From the NCBI GenBank assembly GCA_020137815.1, contig CM035358.1:1240001-1304000 (forward strand): 64,000 nt of DNA. Reading direction: 5' to 3'. The notes beneath the pieces were generated by a model. It was not told the DNA's origin. It was given only the letters and a program-made list of their open reading frames with translations, and did no database searches. Position numbers and translations under genes: made by a program. The stretch comes from Hormiphora californensis (lineage: Eukaryota; Animalia; Ctenophora). Within the stretch, counting starts at the first letter, position 1. Every line of letters starts with the position of its first letter. Positions 1 to 11,683 of this stretch are shown here, piece by piece.

Positions 1-29
1 AGAGAGAGAGAGAGTTCGTACACGCTTAT

Positions 30-874
30 AGTGAGAGAGAACAGCCCCGATTTTGATGAAACTTGGTCAGAATAGTGTTTGGTATCTAATTAGAAGTGAA
101 AAAAAATTTTAGTGCTCAAATCCTAAATTTAGGATTTTTAGGTTTTTTAGGTTTTTCGGCTTTTATGGGTTTCAGGAACGTCCTAGAACAAAATGAATAA
201 AACCATATTTCTCGGCGTGAAATTCTGCATCGATTATAGTGGTTGTAAACCTTTCTATGACGTAAGGTTCAGAAGTTATCGCGAAAAACCCCAAACGGGT
301 ACATGTGTTAGGGGCGGGTTCATGTTTTAGGCTAACGGGCGAACCTCTTGTCAGAACACCATATTATAGGGTGTCAATCGACGCGTATTGATAAGGAGAT
401 CATTTTAGTGAAAAATATTTTGATCTGCGATGTCTGTGTAACGAATGAAACCTAAAAAACCTTTTAGCCAAACGGGTATGCTTCATTCAGTAAGGTTTTT
501 TTAGGTTTCATTCGTTACACAGACATCGCAGATCAAAATAGTATAAGATGGTGTTCTGACAAGAGGTTCGCCCGTTAGCCTAAAACATGAACCCGCCCCT
601 AACACCCGTTTGGGGGTTTTCGCGATAACTTCTGAACCTTACGTCATAGAAAGGTTTACAACCACTATAATCGATGCAGAATTTCACGCCGAGAAAGATG
701 GTTCTATTCATTTTGTTCTAGGGCGTTCCTGAAACCCATAAAAGCCGAAAAACCTAAAAAACCTAAAAATCCTAATTTTAGGATTTGAGCACTAAAAATT
801 TTTTTCACTTATAATTAGACACCAAACACTATTCTGACCAAGTTTCATCAAAATCGGGGCTGTTCTCTCTCACT
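30..874. mobile_element. Long palindromic foldback/MITE-like element
   Basis: 30-~465 is the near-perfect reverse complement of ~490-874 (agtgagagagaacagccccgattttgatgaaacttgg ... ccaagtttcatcaaaatcggggctgttctctctcact); no ORF. Confidence 0.85.
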
Positions 875-933
875 TTATCTTTCTAAGTGTGACAGAAACA
901 GTGGAGTGAGGAGTTCTAAGTGCAGCGGTGTTA

Positions 934-1057
934 TAGCACTGCTTGTACAACTTATAACACTGCCCAGTGTTATAAGTGAAAACTTATAACACTGGGGGGT
1001 GTTATAAGTGAAAACTTATAACACTGCCCAGTGTTATAAGTTGTACAAGCAGTGCTA
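934..1057. repeat. Short palindromic element with internal repeats
   Basis: tagcactgcttgtacaacttataacactg ... cagtgttataagttgtacaagcagtgcta, with repeated cttataacact/gtgttataag units. Confidence 0.8.
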
Positions 1058-1212
1058 CCTAAAGAATTATATTATATCTCAAAATTTTACAATGGTAAGA
1101 TAACACTTAAAAAAGAAAAAACTTAACGGATACCTTCCTGCTTTCAAAAGCGGTTTTACTCTACTTGATCAATAAATTAGAGTCCATGAGCTAGTAGTGT
1201 TTATACAAATGT

Positions 1213-2445
1213 TCAAGTGTCCCTTGGTGCTTCTAACACCCTCTTTCCACGGATTATGAAGTGGGTTCCAGGGGACTGCTTTACCTTCTCCTTCAGTTCA
1301 ACAACAAGCTTCTTCCGTTCTTTCCGTTCTTCTACTGTTCTATCAGGAGAGATAAAGACTTTGACAAACTTGTCGTTCCCTTTCAGCAGGGATTTCTTCG
1401 ACAGGATTGACATTTGAGCGTCTTTGCTCCTCAGCACAACTTTCACAGGTCTTGCCGATGAGGACTGCTTTCCCAAGCGCTCGGCAGATTGCACTTTCGG
1501 AGCCTCTTCAAGCTCACTAAAAAGAGACTTAATTTGAGTTTCAAGCTTCTCACCATTTACATTTTCTTTCAACTCTTCCAATCCATGGATGATGATATTA
1601 CACCCACGGTCGTCCGATGCTGCCACAATTGCCGATTGAATCTTCTTAGGAGCCAGGGCCGAAGCACACTCCTTCTCCAAAATGGATGCGAAGCTCTTCA
1701 TTTCTTCCTGTGCCGTTGACTGCACAGCTGTTATCTCAACCTCCCTCTTCTCAAGTAATTGCCTCTGGATTTTCAGGAGCTCCTCTTGTGCAGCCACTAG
1801 ATTTCTTTGGGTTTTTATGAGCTCTGTACTATGGATTTTGAGCTCTTTCTCCAGCTGGTTTATCCTCAAGGTTTCGCAACCCACTGCTAACAACTCTTCA
1901 GTAACTGGGAAGGTCTGTTCCATAAGAATACGGCATGCATCCTCCACAAGGTCTAAAAGCACTGGCTTGGTCAGTGCATTGAGTTTGGTCCTGGAGGGAA
2001 CCTTCAGATCATTCCAAACTTCCGCTGTCTGTGGTCTGTACCGTATCCGTTTCAAAGTGGACCTGAGAGCTTTTTGCTCCTTCAGTTCAGAGGGCGTTAG
2101 ATCCGGAGATAGATAAACAGCCGAAAACTGTTTGGAGTCTTTGAGGTTTCGTGCTTTTTTGAGAAGCGCCAGGAGAGTCGCTCTCCTCTCCAGGGATACT
2201 AAGAGCGGTCTAGGACGTTTCTCATTTCTTTCCCCGATGCGTTTTATCGTTGTCACTTTCGGTTTCTCTTGCAGCTCCTCAAAAAGTTCGTCTAAAGTAG
2301 TTTTAGCTACTCTATCGGTTGTTTCTTGGAGACCAAACACAATCAGGTTCTTCTCTCTTCCGGGCTGTTGGACGGGAGTAGGGTGGTGCGACGTTAGTGG
2401 TTTTACCACTTTAGGGGAGGTTGCAGCACAATTCTGTGCAAGCAC
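1213..2445 (-). mobile_element. LINE ORF1-like coding fragment(s), two ORF1 RRM/CTD-like modules in one frame
   Basis: Two copies of the non-LTR ORF1 signature (NLIVFGLQE..RIG..RPLLV..YLSPDLT; NIIIHGLEE..RLG..RPVKV..FISPDRT) with a coiled coil between; no ORF2 follows. Confidence 0.75.
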
Positions 2446-3082
2446 AGAAGAGTAAAAAGTTCTGTAACTATGAAACCATGAGGAGATTTGGATGTAATAC
2501 TGAAAATTGCAACCTATTTCATCCTCCCCTCTGTAAGAACTCAGAGTTACGTCACCAGTGCTTTAAACAAAACTGCATGAAGCAACATCTAAAAGATACT
2601 CAGCGGAGCCCGCCTTTTAGAGTTGATGAAGCACCCCGGAACACTGGTTTAAATGCTCGGAATGGGATCGGCTCCAACATCTTGGTATCTTGTCCCTCCA
2701 GCGGCGTCGTGAGCGATACATGATTATCCATGTCTGGAAGGTTCTTCATGAGGTAGTTCCAAACGGCACGGGTCTCCTGTTTACTGAGCACACCCGTCTT
2801 GGTACCAGAGCATTGGTCCCCCGTTACAATTACCTCGCTCAAAAATCCATATCTGGCCCTTATGACTCATCATTCGGTGTTAGAGGAGCACAGTTGTGGA
2901 ATTCCCTACCCCGTGCAGTGAGAGAGGCAACATCACTGCTCGAGTTGAAACAGTCCCTTGGGTCCTACTTAACTACCATCCCCGACCAGCCACCTGTACG
3001 CGGTTACCGGGTTGAGCACAGTAACTCCTTGATTGATTGGAGAAATGACCCCAGTGTGTTTAAAGAGATGGGCGAATCATAG
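2440..3082 (+). mobile_element. Internally deleted CR1/L2-group LINE remnant (ORF1 CCCH finger joined to ORF2 C-terminus)
   Basis: FHPPLCKNSE..C..HLKDT matches ORF1 of the 4662 element; WDRLQHLGILSLQRRRERY..LWNSLPR matches the end of its ORF2. Confidence 0.8.
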
Positions 3083-3755
3083 AAATGTGTTTTGCTTTTC
3101 ATTGTCAATTGGCTGATACATATAACCTGCTGACTTTCCATGTCATCTGAGTGTTGGCTCCTTTTGAGCTAAAGCTTTGTGTACAATACTAAATTTATTT
3201 ACGAATGTTTACGAATGTTTAAATACGCGAAGTAGCCTTAATAATTTCATTCGCAGTTAAGTCCTTGAGGCAGTGACTGAAATACGAACCCCAGTGATTG
3301 CAAGGGGAAGCTACACTGTCGTTGGTTAACATTGAGTCGGGTGCAGCTTGGATCGATTTATAACATTGAATAAACTGATCCGATGTGATACTCGTCGTGT
3401 TGAGATCGTCAGCAGAGTTCAACCAGTAAACTTCAGAAACAAAGTCGTTTACTGTCTCTTCCAATCGTTTTATCGCAGGGTTATCGCCCTCGTACTTCAT
3501 TTCTGACATTATCAACGTTTCGTTTTTCTGCCCTTTGGGGCTGTTACATCGGATTCATCTTCCTGCTCAATAAATAGTTTTACGTTGTAGTTGATGAAAG
3601 TTTGTAACAGCTAATAGCGTATTCAGAACTAAACAAACAGCGAAGTATATTGTCTCTTAATACGATTCGTAACATATCCAGCGTGGGACATGAAATGACT
3701 TTTATGTAAAGAAACAGGGAAAGGAGATAAAAAGAACGCCAGTGGCAGCGTTTTT

Positions 3756-3908
3756 TATACTCCATTTTTTTCAACTGTTCACCCCCAAAGTCGTGCGCGA
3801 AATTGTTTTGCGCGTCTATCACATGTTAACGTGTAGGGCGCGCCACGAAAATTTAAAATTTCACTGAAATTTCAATTTTGGGTGAACAGTTGAAAAAAAT
3901 GGACTTTA
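3756..3908. mobile_element. MITE, second copy at 27104-27257
   Basis: TIR tccatttttttcaactgttcaccc / gggtgaacagttgaaaaaaatgga; very similar copy at ~27104. Confidence 0.75.
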
Positions 3909-3909
3909 A

Positions 3910-4554
3910 AGTCGGATTTTTTGAAACTGTCACCCCCTGAAATAACAAAATTTGCCATATCTCCGGTTCTTGATAAGATAGAGACTTGAAATTTGGAGGT
4001 TCGGAAGAACTTAGCAAGATCTTCGTAACCTCCAAATTTCAAGTCTCTATCTCGCCAGGAACTGGTTTTATGGTCATTTACGAAATTTGAAAATACCCAG
4101 GGGGGTGACAGTTTCAAAAAATCTTGGAATGCGCTGCAGCCCCCTCATGCGCGCACCCCCGCAACAAGGGGACTGGAGGGAATGCCGCGCGCGCGTTTGG
4201 CCTGAGCCCGGCTGGGTCGAAAATAACTTTGCGGTCGAAAAAACGGCGGTGCTTATAACTTTGGCCCCTGAAGTCCGTTTTGCTTGATTCTTTCACTAGC
4301 TGTTAGATCTGACAATTATCTACCTTGCTGTTTTTGAGAGAAGTTAATTGGACTTGAGGAGGCTGAGCAATAGCCGTTCAAAGATTGGTTGTTTTCAAAA
4401 AGTGACGTCACAGGTCCCTGCAGGGACACTTTGTTTCAAATTTGAATTAAAATCTCGAAATTTTTTATTTTACCGCACTCGATTTTGCGGAGTTTGGTTC
4501 ATATCTCCTGTTCCTGATAAGATAGAGACCTGAAACCGGTTGCATTTGAAAGCT
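3910..4554. repeat. Hairpin-rich foldback repeat, left part, interrupted by the LINE
   Basis: Hairpin gagacttgaaatttggaggtt..aacctccaaatttcaagtctc and motif ttttaccgcactcgattttgc both recur at 9284-9490. Confidence 0.65.
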
Positions 4555-4574
4555 GTTTCAAACTGTTTCAAGCT

Positions 4575-4616
4575 GTTTCAAACTTTTCAACACTACTTTA
4601 AACAAATTAATTTGAG
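4575..4616 (+). other. Spliced-leader (SL) exon relic at the LINE 5' end
   Basis: gtttcaaacttttcaacactactttaaacaaattaatttgag matches the ctenophore (Pleurobrachia) SL as I recall it; followed by gc, not the gt of an SL RNA gene. Confidence 0.8.
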
Positions 4617-4661
4617 GCGCGCGCCCGTGCGTTTTCGAATATCCCTCTGTAGGCTCTAGCC

Positions 4662-6068
4662 ATGCCAGATATGACAAATATGGCTACACCTACTGATGAC
4701 AAAAGTGATGGCAATGCCCTTGCCGTTGGAAATCTTGTAAACGCAGCAGATCCTCTTACCAAAAAGATCCTGTCTGCCTACCGCCATGATGTGGATTACA
4801 CCAAGAATCTAGACATCATCCGCACATTCAACTGTGCTCACCTGGAAGCCGCTGCATCATTTTTCGGTGCATCCCCCGGCTCACATGCAGATAAAACTAA
4901 GCGGTACCAGAACCGCACTACACTAGCTGACTACATCATCATTCAGCTGGAAAGTCATTTTCCTTGTGACTGTGAGGGCTGTGGCGAAGGGTATGCAGTT
5001 AAACCAGGTGAATCTCCTCGTGTCCGCTGTTTTCTTTGCCAGCAGGGGTCTCATGATTGCGAGGCTATGGATGGCACCCTTGGGTCATTGACGGGGTCGG
5101 TCTGGTTGTGTCTGCCGTGCAAGGACAAAAACAACAAAATTGAAACCTTCATGTGCAACCGAAGTGCTGAAGATCCAGAATCAGTGTTATCTGATGAGGA
5201 ATACGAGTTCAAAATCAGTCCAAAGGCAGGCCGTAGCGGTAAGAAGAAGAGGAAGAAGAAACAAGCTCCTGTCAAGAAAGATCCTGATGATCTGGTAACT
5301 CCTGTTGGTGGAGTGACAGTTCTAAAAGATGTGGATCTTGGAGACATATCTTCTGATGGAGAGGTGAAACCCCAAGGTGTTCCTAAATTCAGCAATGTTT
5401 GTGAACGTTATCTACTGAGAGACTGTCCCCATGGCCCAAATGGTGACAAGTTGATTAGTGGTAAGCCTTGCAGCAAGGAACATCCCCAGAGATGCCTCCG
5501 TTATTGTCAGTTCGGAACGGCAACTCGTTCTGGGTGTAACTATGGTGACCAGTGCCAGGATTTTCACCCACCTCTCTGCCATAAGTCTGAGATCTCCCGA
5601 GTCTGTACCGACAAAGAATGTAAAGACACACATTTAAAGAACACTCGGAGAAGTGAAGTAGCCCCTACCAAGGGTAATTCATTGAAGACTGCTGGTAACA
5701 AAACCAGTGGTGTCTCTCAGAAAGTGGAGCAGAAAGAGACCCCTCGCTCAGCTCCTCCAAACCCAAAGAAGAAGAAGAAGAAGAAGATTAACAAAACTGA
5801 GACCGATCCCCGTGCCGCGACCAATGACATCCGTTCACAAGAGGATTTTCTCATGGCATTGATGGCCTCAGTGAGGGACGAGATTCTTCGAGAAGTAAAG
5901 ACGTCACTGAACTCATCTCTACAGTCCTTCAGGGAAGAGATGACGAGGGAACACACACCCCGGCCCAAACATCTGACACTCACACAACCAGGCCTGAACA
6001 CCCCGACCAACTACCAAGGGGTTCTGGAACGGTTTCGGAATTACTCCTCATCAACGCCCGCAGTTTAA
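4662..6068 (+). CDS. LINE ORF1 (PHD-like finger, CCCH fingers, basic tracts)
   Basis: CDCEGC..RCFLCQQGSHDC..WLCLPC; CERYLLRDCPHG; CLRYCQFG..C..FHPPLC; poly-Lys tracts. Confidence 0.9.
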   Translation: MPDMTNMATPTDDKSDGNALAVGNLVNAADPLTKKILSAYRHDVDYTKNLDIIRTFNCAHLEAAASFFGASPGSHADKTKRYQNRTTLADYIIIQLESHFPCDCEGCGEGYAVKPGESPRVRCFLCQQGSHDCEAMDGTLGSLTGSVWLCLPCKDKNNKIETFMCNRSAEDPESVLSDEEYEFKISPKAGRSGKKKRKKKQAPVKKDPDDLVTPVGGVTVLKDVDLGDISSDGEVKPQGVPKFSNVCERYLLRDCPHGPNGDKLISGKPCSKEHPQRCLRYCQFGTATRSGCNYGDQCQDFHPPLCHKSEISRVCTDKECKDTHLKNTRRSEVAPTKGNSLKTAGNKTSGVSQKVEQKETPRSAPPNPKKKKKKKINKTETDPRAATNDIRSQEDFLMALMASVRDEILREVKTSLNSSLQSFREEMTREHTPRPKHLTLTQPGLNTPTNYQGVLERFRNYSSSTPAV

Positions 6069-8971
6069 CGCCTTCCGCGGCTAGTGACTGTCGGTGGAAG
6101 TTTTCTTTTATCAAGGACTCACTGGAGAATCCGTCAATACCCATCCTTTGCACCGGTATTACGGAGACCTGGTGGCATGATGATTTCTCTGATGCCCAAT
6201 TGGAGATTGAAGGCTTTCACCTAACTCGTTGTGACAGAGCGGGTAGAAGAGGTGGCGGTTGTGCACTCTACATTAACAATCAACTGACCCCTTCCTCTGA
6301 GTTCAGATTCTCAGACACGTCCAATAGTGCGGCTGCTGTATACATCAAGGAGACCCACTCGGTTTTCTGTGTTGTGTACAGGGCGCCATCTTCCCCTGCG
6401 AATGATCTTTTTGATGATCTATCCCGTTTCATTGATCAGTGCGAACTCGACAAGGGTTGTCCTGACATCTATGTCATGGGCGACTTCAATATGCCAGACA
6501 TAGACTGGGGGACACTCACTGGAGGACCTAGCTCACAGATGCTACTAAAATTTGTGAACTCATATTTTCTCACTCAGCTTGTTGACTCTCCAACACGGGG
6601 CTTGAATATTCTAGACCTCGTTCTCACCAACCGGCCAGACTATGTCTTCAAAACTGAGGTATCGGAGTCGTGTATTTCTGACCATAATATGATCAGCTCT
6701 ACACTTGGGTTTGGTATCTTACCCACTCGTCAATCAGACCATCGATTCACGGACTTTGATATTTACAACTTTCACGAGGCTAACTTCCCTGAAATGTGTA
6801 GGGAGCTGGACCAGATCGACTGGCTAGCACTCGCCGACATCTGCGATGACGGTGATGGTTCTGATTTCGTTCAACTTTTCACCCTGACTGTTCTACAGGT
6901 CTTATCTCACCACTCTCGTAAGAAGAAGGCCCGTAAAAAAAGAAGGGACCCTATTCTCAGGAAATTGAAAGTGAAACAGCGGAGTTTGAATAAACGGATT
7001 ACTCTTGCCCGGCAGAATAAACCTCACCTTTTGCCACAGCTAGAGGTTGGTGTTTCCAGAATTACTTGGGCCATCTTGTGTCACATTTCTCAGCGACTTG
7101 ATTCTGATGAAAACGAGGCGTTGATAAAACTCAAAGCTAACCCAAAATTCTTCTGGTCATACGCCAACCGAAAGAGGAAGACCCGGTCACGTATACCTCC
7201 TTTACAGAAAAGTGATGGGTCACTTACGGACGTTCCCGAGATGAAGGCAGAACTATTTCAATCACAATTTACCTCTGTTTTCAGCACTCCTTCAAACTCC
7301 CCTTCAGCAGCTGCAGACAACATTACTCCTTCTACATGCAGCCTTTCAGACATCGTTTTCTCCACTGCTGATATTGAAAAGGCACTACATGACCTCAATC
7401 CCTATTCAGCCGGCCCTCCAGGAGATGTACCTGCCAGAATTTTACGTGACTGCCGATCATCGCTGTCCTACCCCCTATCCATCTTATGGGCCAAATCGTT
7501 TGATTCTGGTATTGTACCACCCTGTCTGAAACTTCAGTACATTGCACCCCTCTACAAAAAGGGTCCTAAAATGAAAGCTGAAAATTACCGCCCGATCTCC
7601 CTCACCAGCCACATTGCCAAGACATTTGAACGGGTTGTAAGATCTCAAATGGTGTCATACTTTGAATCAGAGAACTTGTTTAACGAGTCTCAGCATGGAT
7701 TTAGAAGCAAGAGGAGCTGCTTATCCCAACTCACTCGTCACATTGACAATATTCTGAACAATCTCAACAACCTTCTTGAAGTGGATGTAATATACTTAGA
7801 CTTCGAGAAGGCTTTTGATAAAGTTGACATCGGTATACTTCTCGAAAAGCTGCAGAGATATGGAGTTAAGGGCAAACTCCTTGAATGGATCCGCAGCTTC
7901 CTACTAGACCGGAAACAAACGGTCTTAGTCGACGGCGTAGCGTCTTCTTTTGCAGAAGTCAGAAGTGGGGTCCCACAAGGGACTGTTCTCGGTCCACTTT
8001 TATTTCTGATTTATGTAATTGACCTGGAATCCGTAATCAAACACGGTTCTTCTTTGTCGTTCGCTGATGACACTAAAATCTTCTCTGCTATCCGTACTAT
8101 GGTTGACAAATTGAACCTACAGGAGGATCTGAACAGTGTGATAACCTGGGCTGACGCTAACAATATGTCCTTGCACCAGTCAAAGTTCGAGGTCATGAAT
8201 TTCACCCTGAATCACACCAGTTCGCTTAGAGAAGTACCGTTCAGTGCTGAGAACTATTCCTATCAACTGTCTGATGGGAGGTTCATCGATCCAACAGACA
8301 CTGTCCGAGACTTAGGTGTTCTACTCTCGAGTGATGGTCAATGGTCGGCCCAAATATCTCGAGTTGTTACCACGGCTAGTCGGGTTGCTGGATGGACATT
8401 AAGTGCATTTAGATCCAGAACTCGCCGCACCATGATGACTCTTTACAAGTCACTGGTGCGTCCCCATCTTGACTACTGTTGCACACTGTGGTCACCTTCC
8501 AAAAATGGGGATATCAGTCGTGTTGAGGATATTCAACGATCGTACACCCGTAAGATCGTTGGTCTCAAGGGGCTGAACTACTGGCAACGTCTTCAAACCC
8601 TGGGACTTTTGTCGCTTCAGCGCCGACGAGAGAGGTACACTATGATTCTTGTGTGGAAAGTGTACAACAATGAGATACCCAACAGTACTGACATGTGTTT
8701 CGTCGACAGTCACCGCTCTGGCCCTAGAGCTGTCGTCCCTCGATACTCGTACGAGGCTCAACGATCTATCTTGTCGCTATATGAACAATCATTTGCGGTA
8801 CTGGGGGCAAGGTTGTGGAACACTTTGCCTCGATCTGTAAAGGAGGCCCCAACTCTTTATCAGTTCAAATCTCAGCTAGGTAGTTTCCTCTCTACCATTC
8901 CGGATACACCCCCCATCAGCGGTTATCCTGCTCAAGCAAACAGCAACTCAATACTAGAGTGGTGTCCATGA
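5828..8971 (+). CDS. LINE ORF2: AP endonuclease + reverse transcriptase (frame open from 5828, no AUG before the EN domain)
   Basis: LLINARSL, ITETW, GDFN, LDLVLTN, SDH (APE); YRPISL, QHGF, LDFEKAFD, GVPQG, FADD, DLGV (RT). Confidence 0.95.
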   Translation, partial: HPFTRGFSHGIDGLSEGRDSSRSKDVTELISTVLQGRDDEGTHTPAQTSDTHTTRPEHPDQLPRGSGTVSELLLINARSLTPSAASDCRWKFSFIKDSLENPSIPILCTGITETWWHDDFSDAQLEIEGFHLTRCDRAGRRGGGCALYINNQLTPSSEFRFSDTSNSAAAVYIKETHSVFCVVYRAPSSPANDLFDDLSRFIDQCELDKGCPDIYVMGDFNMPDIDWGTLTGGPSSQMLLKFVNSYFLTQLVDSPTRGLNILDLVLTNRPDYVFKTEVSESCISDHNMISSTLGFGILPTRQSDHRFTDFDIYNFHEANFPEMCRELDQIDWLALADICDDGDGSDFVQLFTLTVLQVLSHHSRKKKARKKRRDPILRKLKVKQRSLNKRITLARQNKPHLLPQLEVGVSRITWAILCHISQRLDSDENEALIKLKANPKFFWSYANRKRKTRSRIPPLQKSDGSLTDVPEMKAELFQSQFTSVFSTPSNSPSAAADNITPSTCSLSDIVFSTADIEKALHDLNPYSAGPPGDVPARILRDCRSSLSYPLSILWAKSFDSGIVPPCLKLQYIAPLYKKGPKMKAENYRPISLTSHIAKTFERVVRSQMVSYFESENLFNESQHGFRSKRSCLSQLTRHIDNILNNLNNLLEVDVIYLDFEKAFDKVDIGILLEKLQRYGVKGKLLEWIRSFLLDRKQTVLVDGVASSFAEVRSGVPQGTVLGPLLFLIYVIDLESVIKHGSSLSFADDTKIFSAIRTMVDKLNLQEDLNSVITWADANNMSLHQSKFEVMNFTLNHTSSLREVPFSAENYSYQLSDGRFIDPTDTVRDLGVLLSSDGQWSAQISRVVTTASRVAGWTLSAFRSRTRRTMMTLYKSLVRPHLDYCCTLWSPSKNGDISRVEDIQRSYTRKIVGLKGLNYWQRLQTLGLLSLQRRRERYTMILVWKVYNNEIPNSTDMCFVDSHRSGPRAVVPRYSYEAQRSILSLYEQSFAVLGARLWNTLPRSVKEAPTLYQFKSQLGSFLSTIPDTPPISGYPAQANSNSILEWCP

Positions 8972-9099
8972 TGCGTGTTAGTGTGTTATGTGTCGCTGTG
9001 CTGTGAGTGTACTGAGCATTGACTCTTTTTAGGAGGTTTATCTTTTTAAATATCCTGTGTGTTACGCAAATTTATGAATTTGAATTTGAATTTGAATTT

Positions 9100-9660
9100 A
9101 TCTTCCTCTTTCCAACGCTACCAAAACGATTTCTGTACCTTATCTGGAACCGGAGATATGATTGATTATGTATTCCCCCCCAGCGCGGTATTCCCTCCAG
9201 GCCCCTTATATTATATTATAAGGGGCCTGCAACGTATGCCAACAAAAAATCCGACTTTATAGTCTGATTTTAAATAACTGTCGTTTTTACCGCACTCGAT
9301 TTTGCTCTATTATTACAATAACTCCGGTTCCTGATGAGATAAAGACTTGAAACTTAGGGGTTGCGAAGAACATGCTAAGTTCTTCCTAACCTCCAAATTT
9401 CAAGTCTCTATCTTATCAGGAACTGGAGATATTGTCATAATAGAGCAAAATCGAGTGCGGTAAAAACGACAGTTATTTAAAATCAGACTATACTTTTCAA
9501 CAGTTTTGAGATTTCTAAAATTTAAATTTTCGCGCACCGGATTTTTTGGCATTCCATCAAGCGGCGCGCGAACTCACGCGCAAAGTTAAAATTCGCGCCA
9601 CGCGACTGCGCGTGTTGGTTTTTGGTGCCAGACAACTCGGTCAGTATAAAGTCCGTTTCA
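9100..9660. repeat. Foldback repeat, right part
   Basis: Palindrome tagtctgattttaaataactgtcgtttttaccgc .. gcggtaaaaacgacagttatttaaaatcagacta (9260-9490); shares motifs with 3910-4554. Confidence 0.7.
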
Positions 9661-9767
9661 AGCGACTTGACCCGTAATTCTTGGGATTTGGCGCATTGCG
9701 CGTGTATTTACAAAGGGGAAATCCTGAATTTCCAGGAATCTCAGGTCAAGTCGTTTGAAACGCAGCA

Positions 9768-10154
9768 ATAAGGAACCATAATAAAGTTCAAGAGCCTCCA
9801 AGAGCACCCAAGAGCGCACCCTATCGAAGAGAGACCACACCTGAGAGCGCACCATACCCAAAAGAGACCACATCCAAGAGCGCACCACCTCCAGAAGACA
9901 CCACTTCAAGAGCGCACCACATCAAAGAGAGCTCCCCATCCAGAAGATACCACGCGCAGGGGACACCACGCGCAGAAGAGACCAGCGCGGCGTTGTATTT
10001 GCGCGTGCGGTCTCTTCTGCGCGTGGTGTCCCCTGCGCGCGGTATCTTCTGGATGGGGAGCTCTCTTTGATGTGGTGCGCTCTTGGAGTGGTGTCTTTTG
10101 GAGGTGGTACGCTCTTGGATGGGGGGCGCTCTTGAACTTTATTATGGTTCCTTA
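9768..10154. mobile_element. Foldback MITE with internal aagagcgcacc repeats
   Basis: TIR ataaggaaccataataaagttcaagagc / gctcttgaactttattatggttccttat; mirrored internal subrepeats. Confidence 0.8.
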
Positions 10155-10189
10155 TCGGATCGACTCTCTCTCGATCGACTTAATTCAAG

Positions 10190-10440
10190 ACGGCCAGCGT
10201 TAAAATCTGGGTGTTTCGTGAGTACTGACAAACGGTTTTTTAGGGTTAGGGCTAAAGTGGGGTTAGGGTTAGGGCTGGGTTTTGGGTTGGGGTTAGGCCT
10301 TGACATTTCCTACCAGATAAACTTTGAATTAGCCAAAACGGTTGAGTGGTTTGGCGGTTAGAGTCATTTTAGTGAATCAACTGTTTTGGCAGCGTGCACC
10401 TGTAAACAGGCCACCAAACACCCAGATCGTAACGGCGCCC
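10190..10440. mobile_element. MITE-like element with internal telomere-like ttaggg repeats
   Basis: Ends gttaaaatctgggtg .. cacccagatcgtaac; related copy at 36225-36507. Confidence 0.65.
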
Positions 10441-10789
10441 ATTCAAGACAACATTTGTTACGAACAAAGTTTCCGAATCAATCAATCAATCAATCAAAAA
10501 GTACATTTAACATCCCGCTTTTTGACTAATAATAGTAAGAGTGATAAACGTCATACAAAGTTACTCGATGACCGCCAGAGCACTCCTACCAGCCTTCTAA
10601 AGCGGTGAACGCAAAGTGGAAAAGAAAGATGATATGAGTGATATTAATAGCCCAGATATGATGATAATAAGTAGATAATAAATTAAACGTTTTTGATTAA
10701 GTAAGAAATAATTATATGTGTGAAAATATATGTTAAATCAACTAGCAAACTGGGGCGATCGTACCGATCGCTAATCGAGAAGGAGGGGG

Positions 10790-11547
<758 letters not shown>

Positions 11548-11683
11548 GGCCTCTCTGTTTCACTGTCTCTCCTTCAATCTCTCTATCTTATGATATATGC
11601 TATGTGATGTGATCCCTCTCTTTTTTCTCTCTCTCTCTTTCTCTCCCTTTTATGTATGTGATGCGACCCCTTTAGTTCGCAAG

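Larger units (their letters stand above)
4575..9099 (+). mobile_element. Full-length, apparently intact CR1/L2-group LINE
   Basis: ORF1 plus APE-RT ORF2, short 3'UTR and (ttgaat)n tail at ~9074-9099. Confidence 0.93.

Noticed and set aside
3219-3515. 98-aa minus-strand ORF
   Set aside because: No recognisable motif and no ATG or splice support I could verify
4575-4640. SL RNA gene
   Set aside because: The SL exon is not followed by a GT donor and intron; it runs into the LINE 5'UTR
9328-9356. Hammerhead-like ctgatga..gaaac
   Set aside because: No stem II pairing; it is an arm of a foldback repeat
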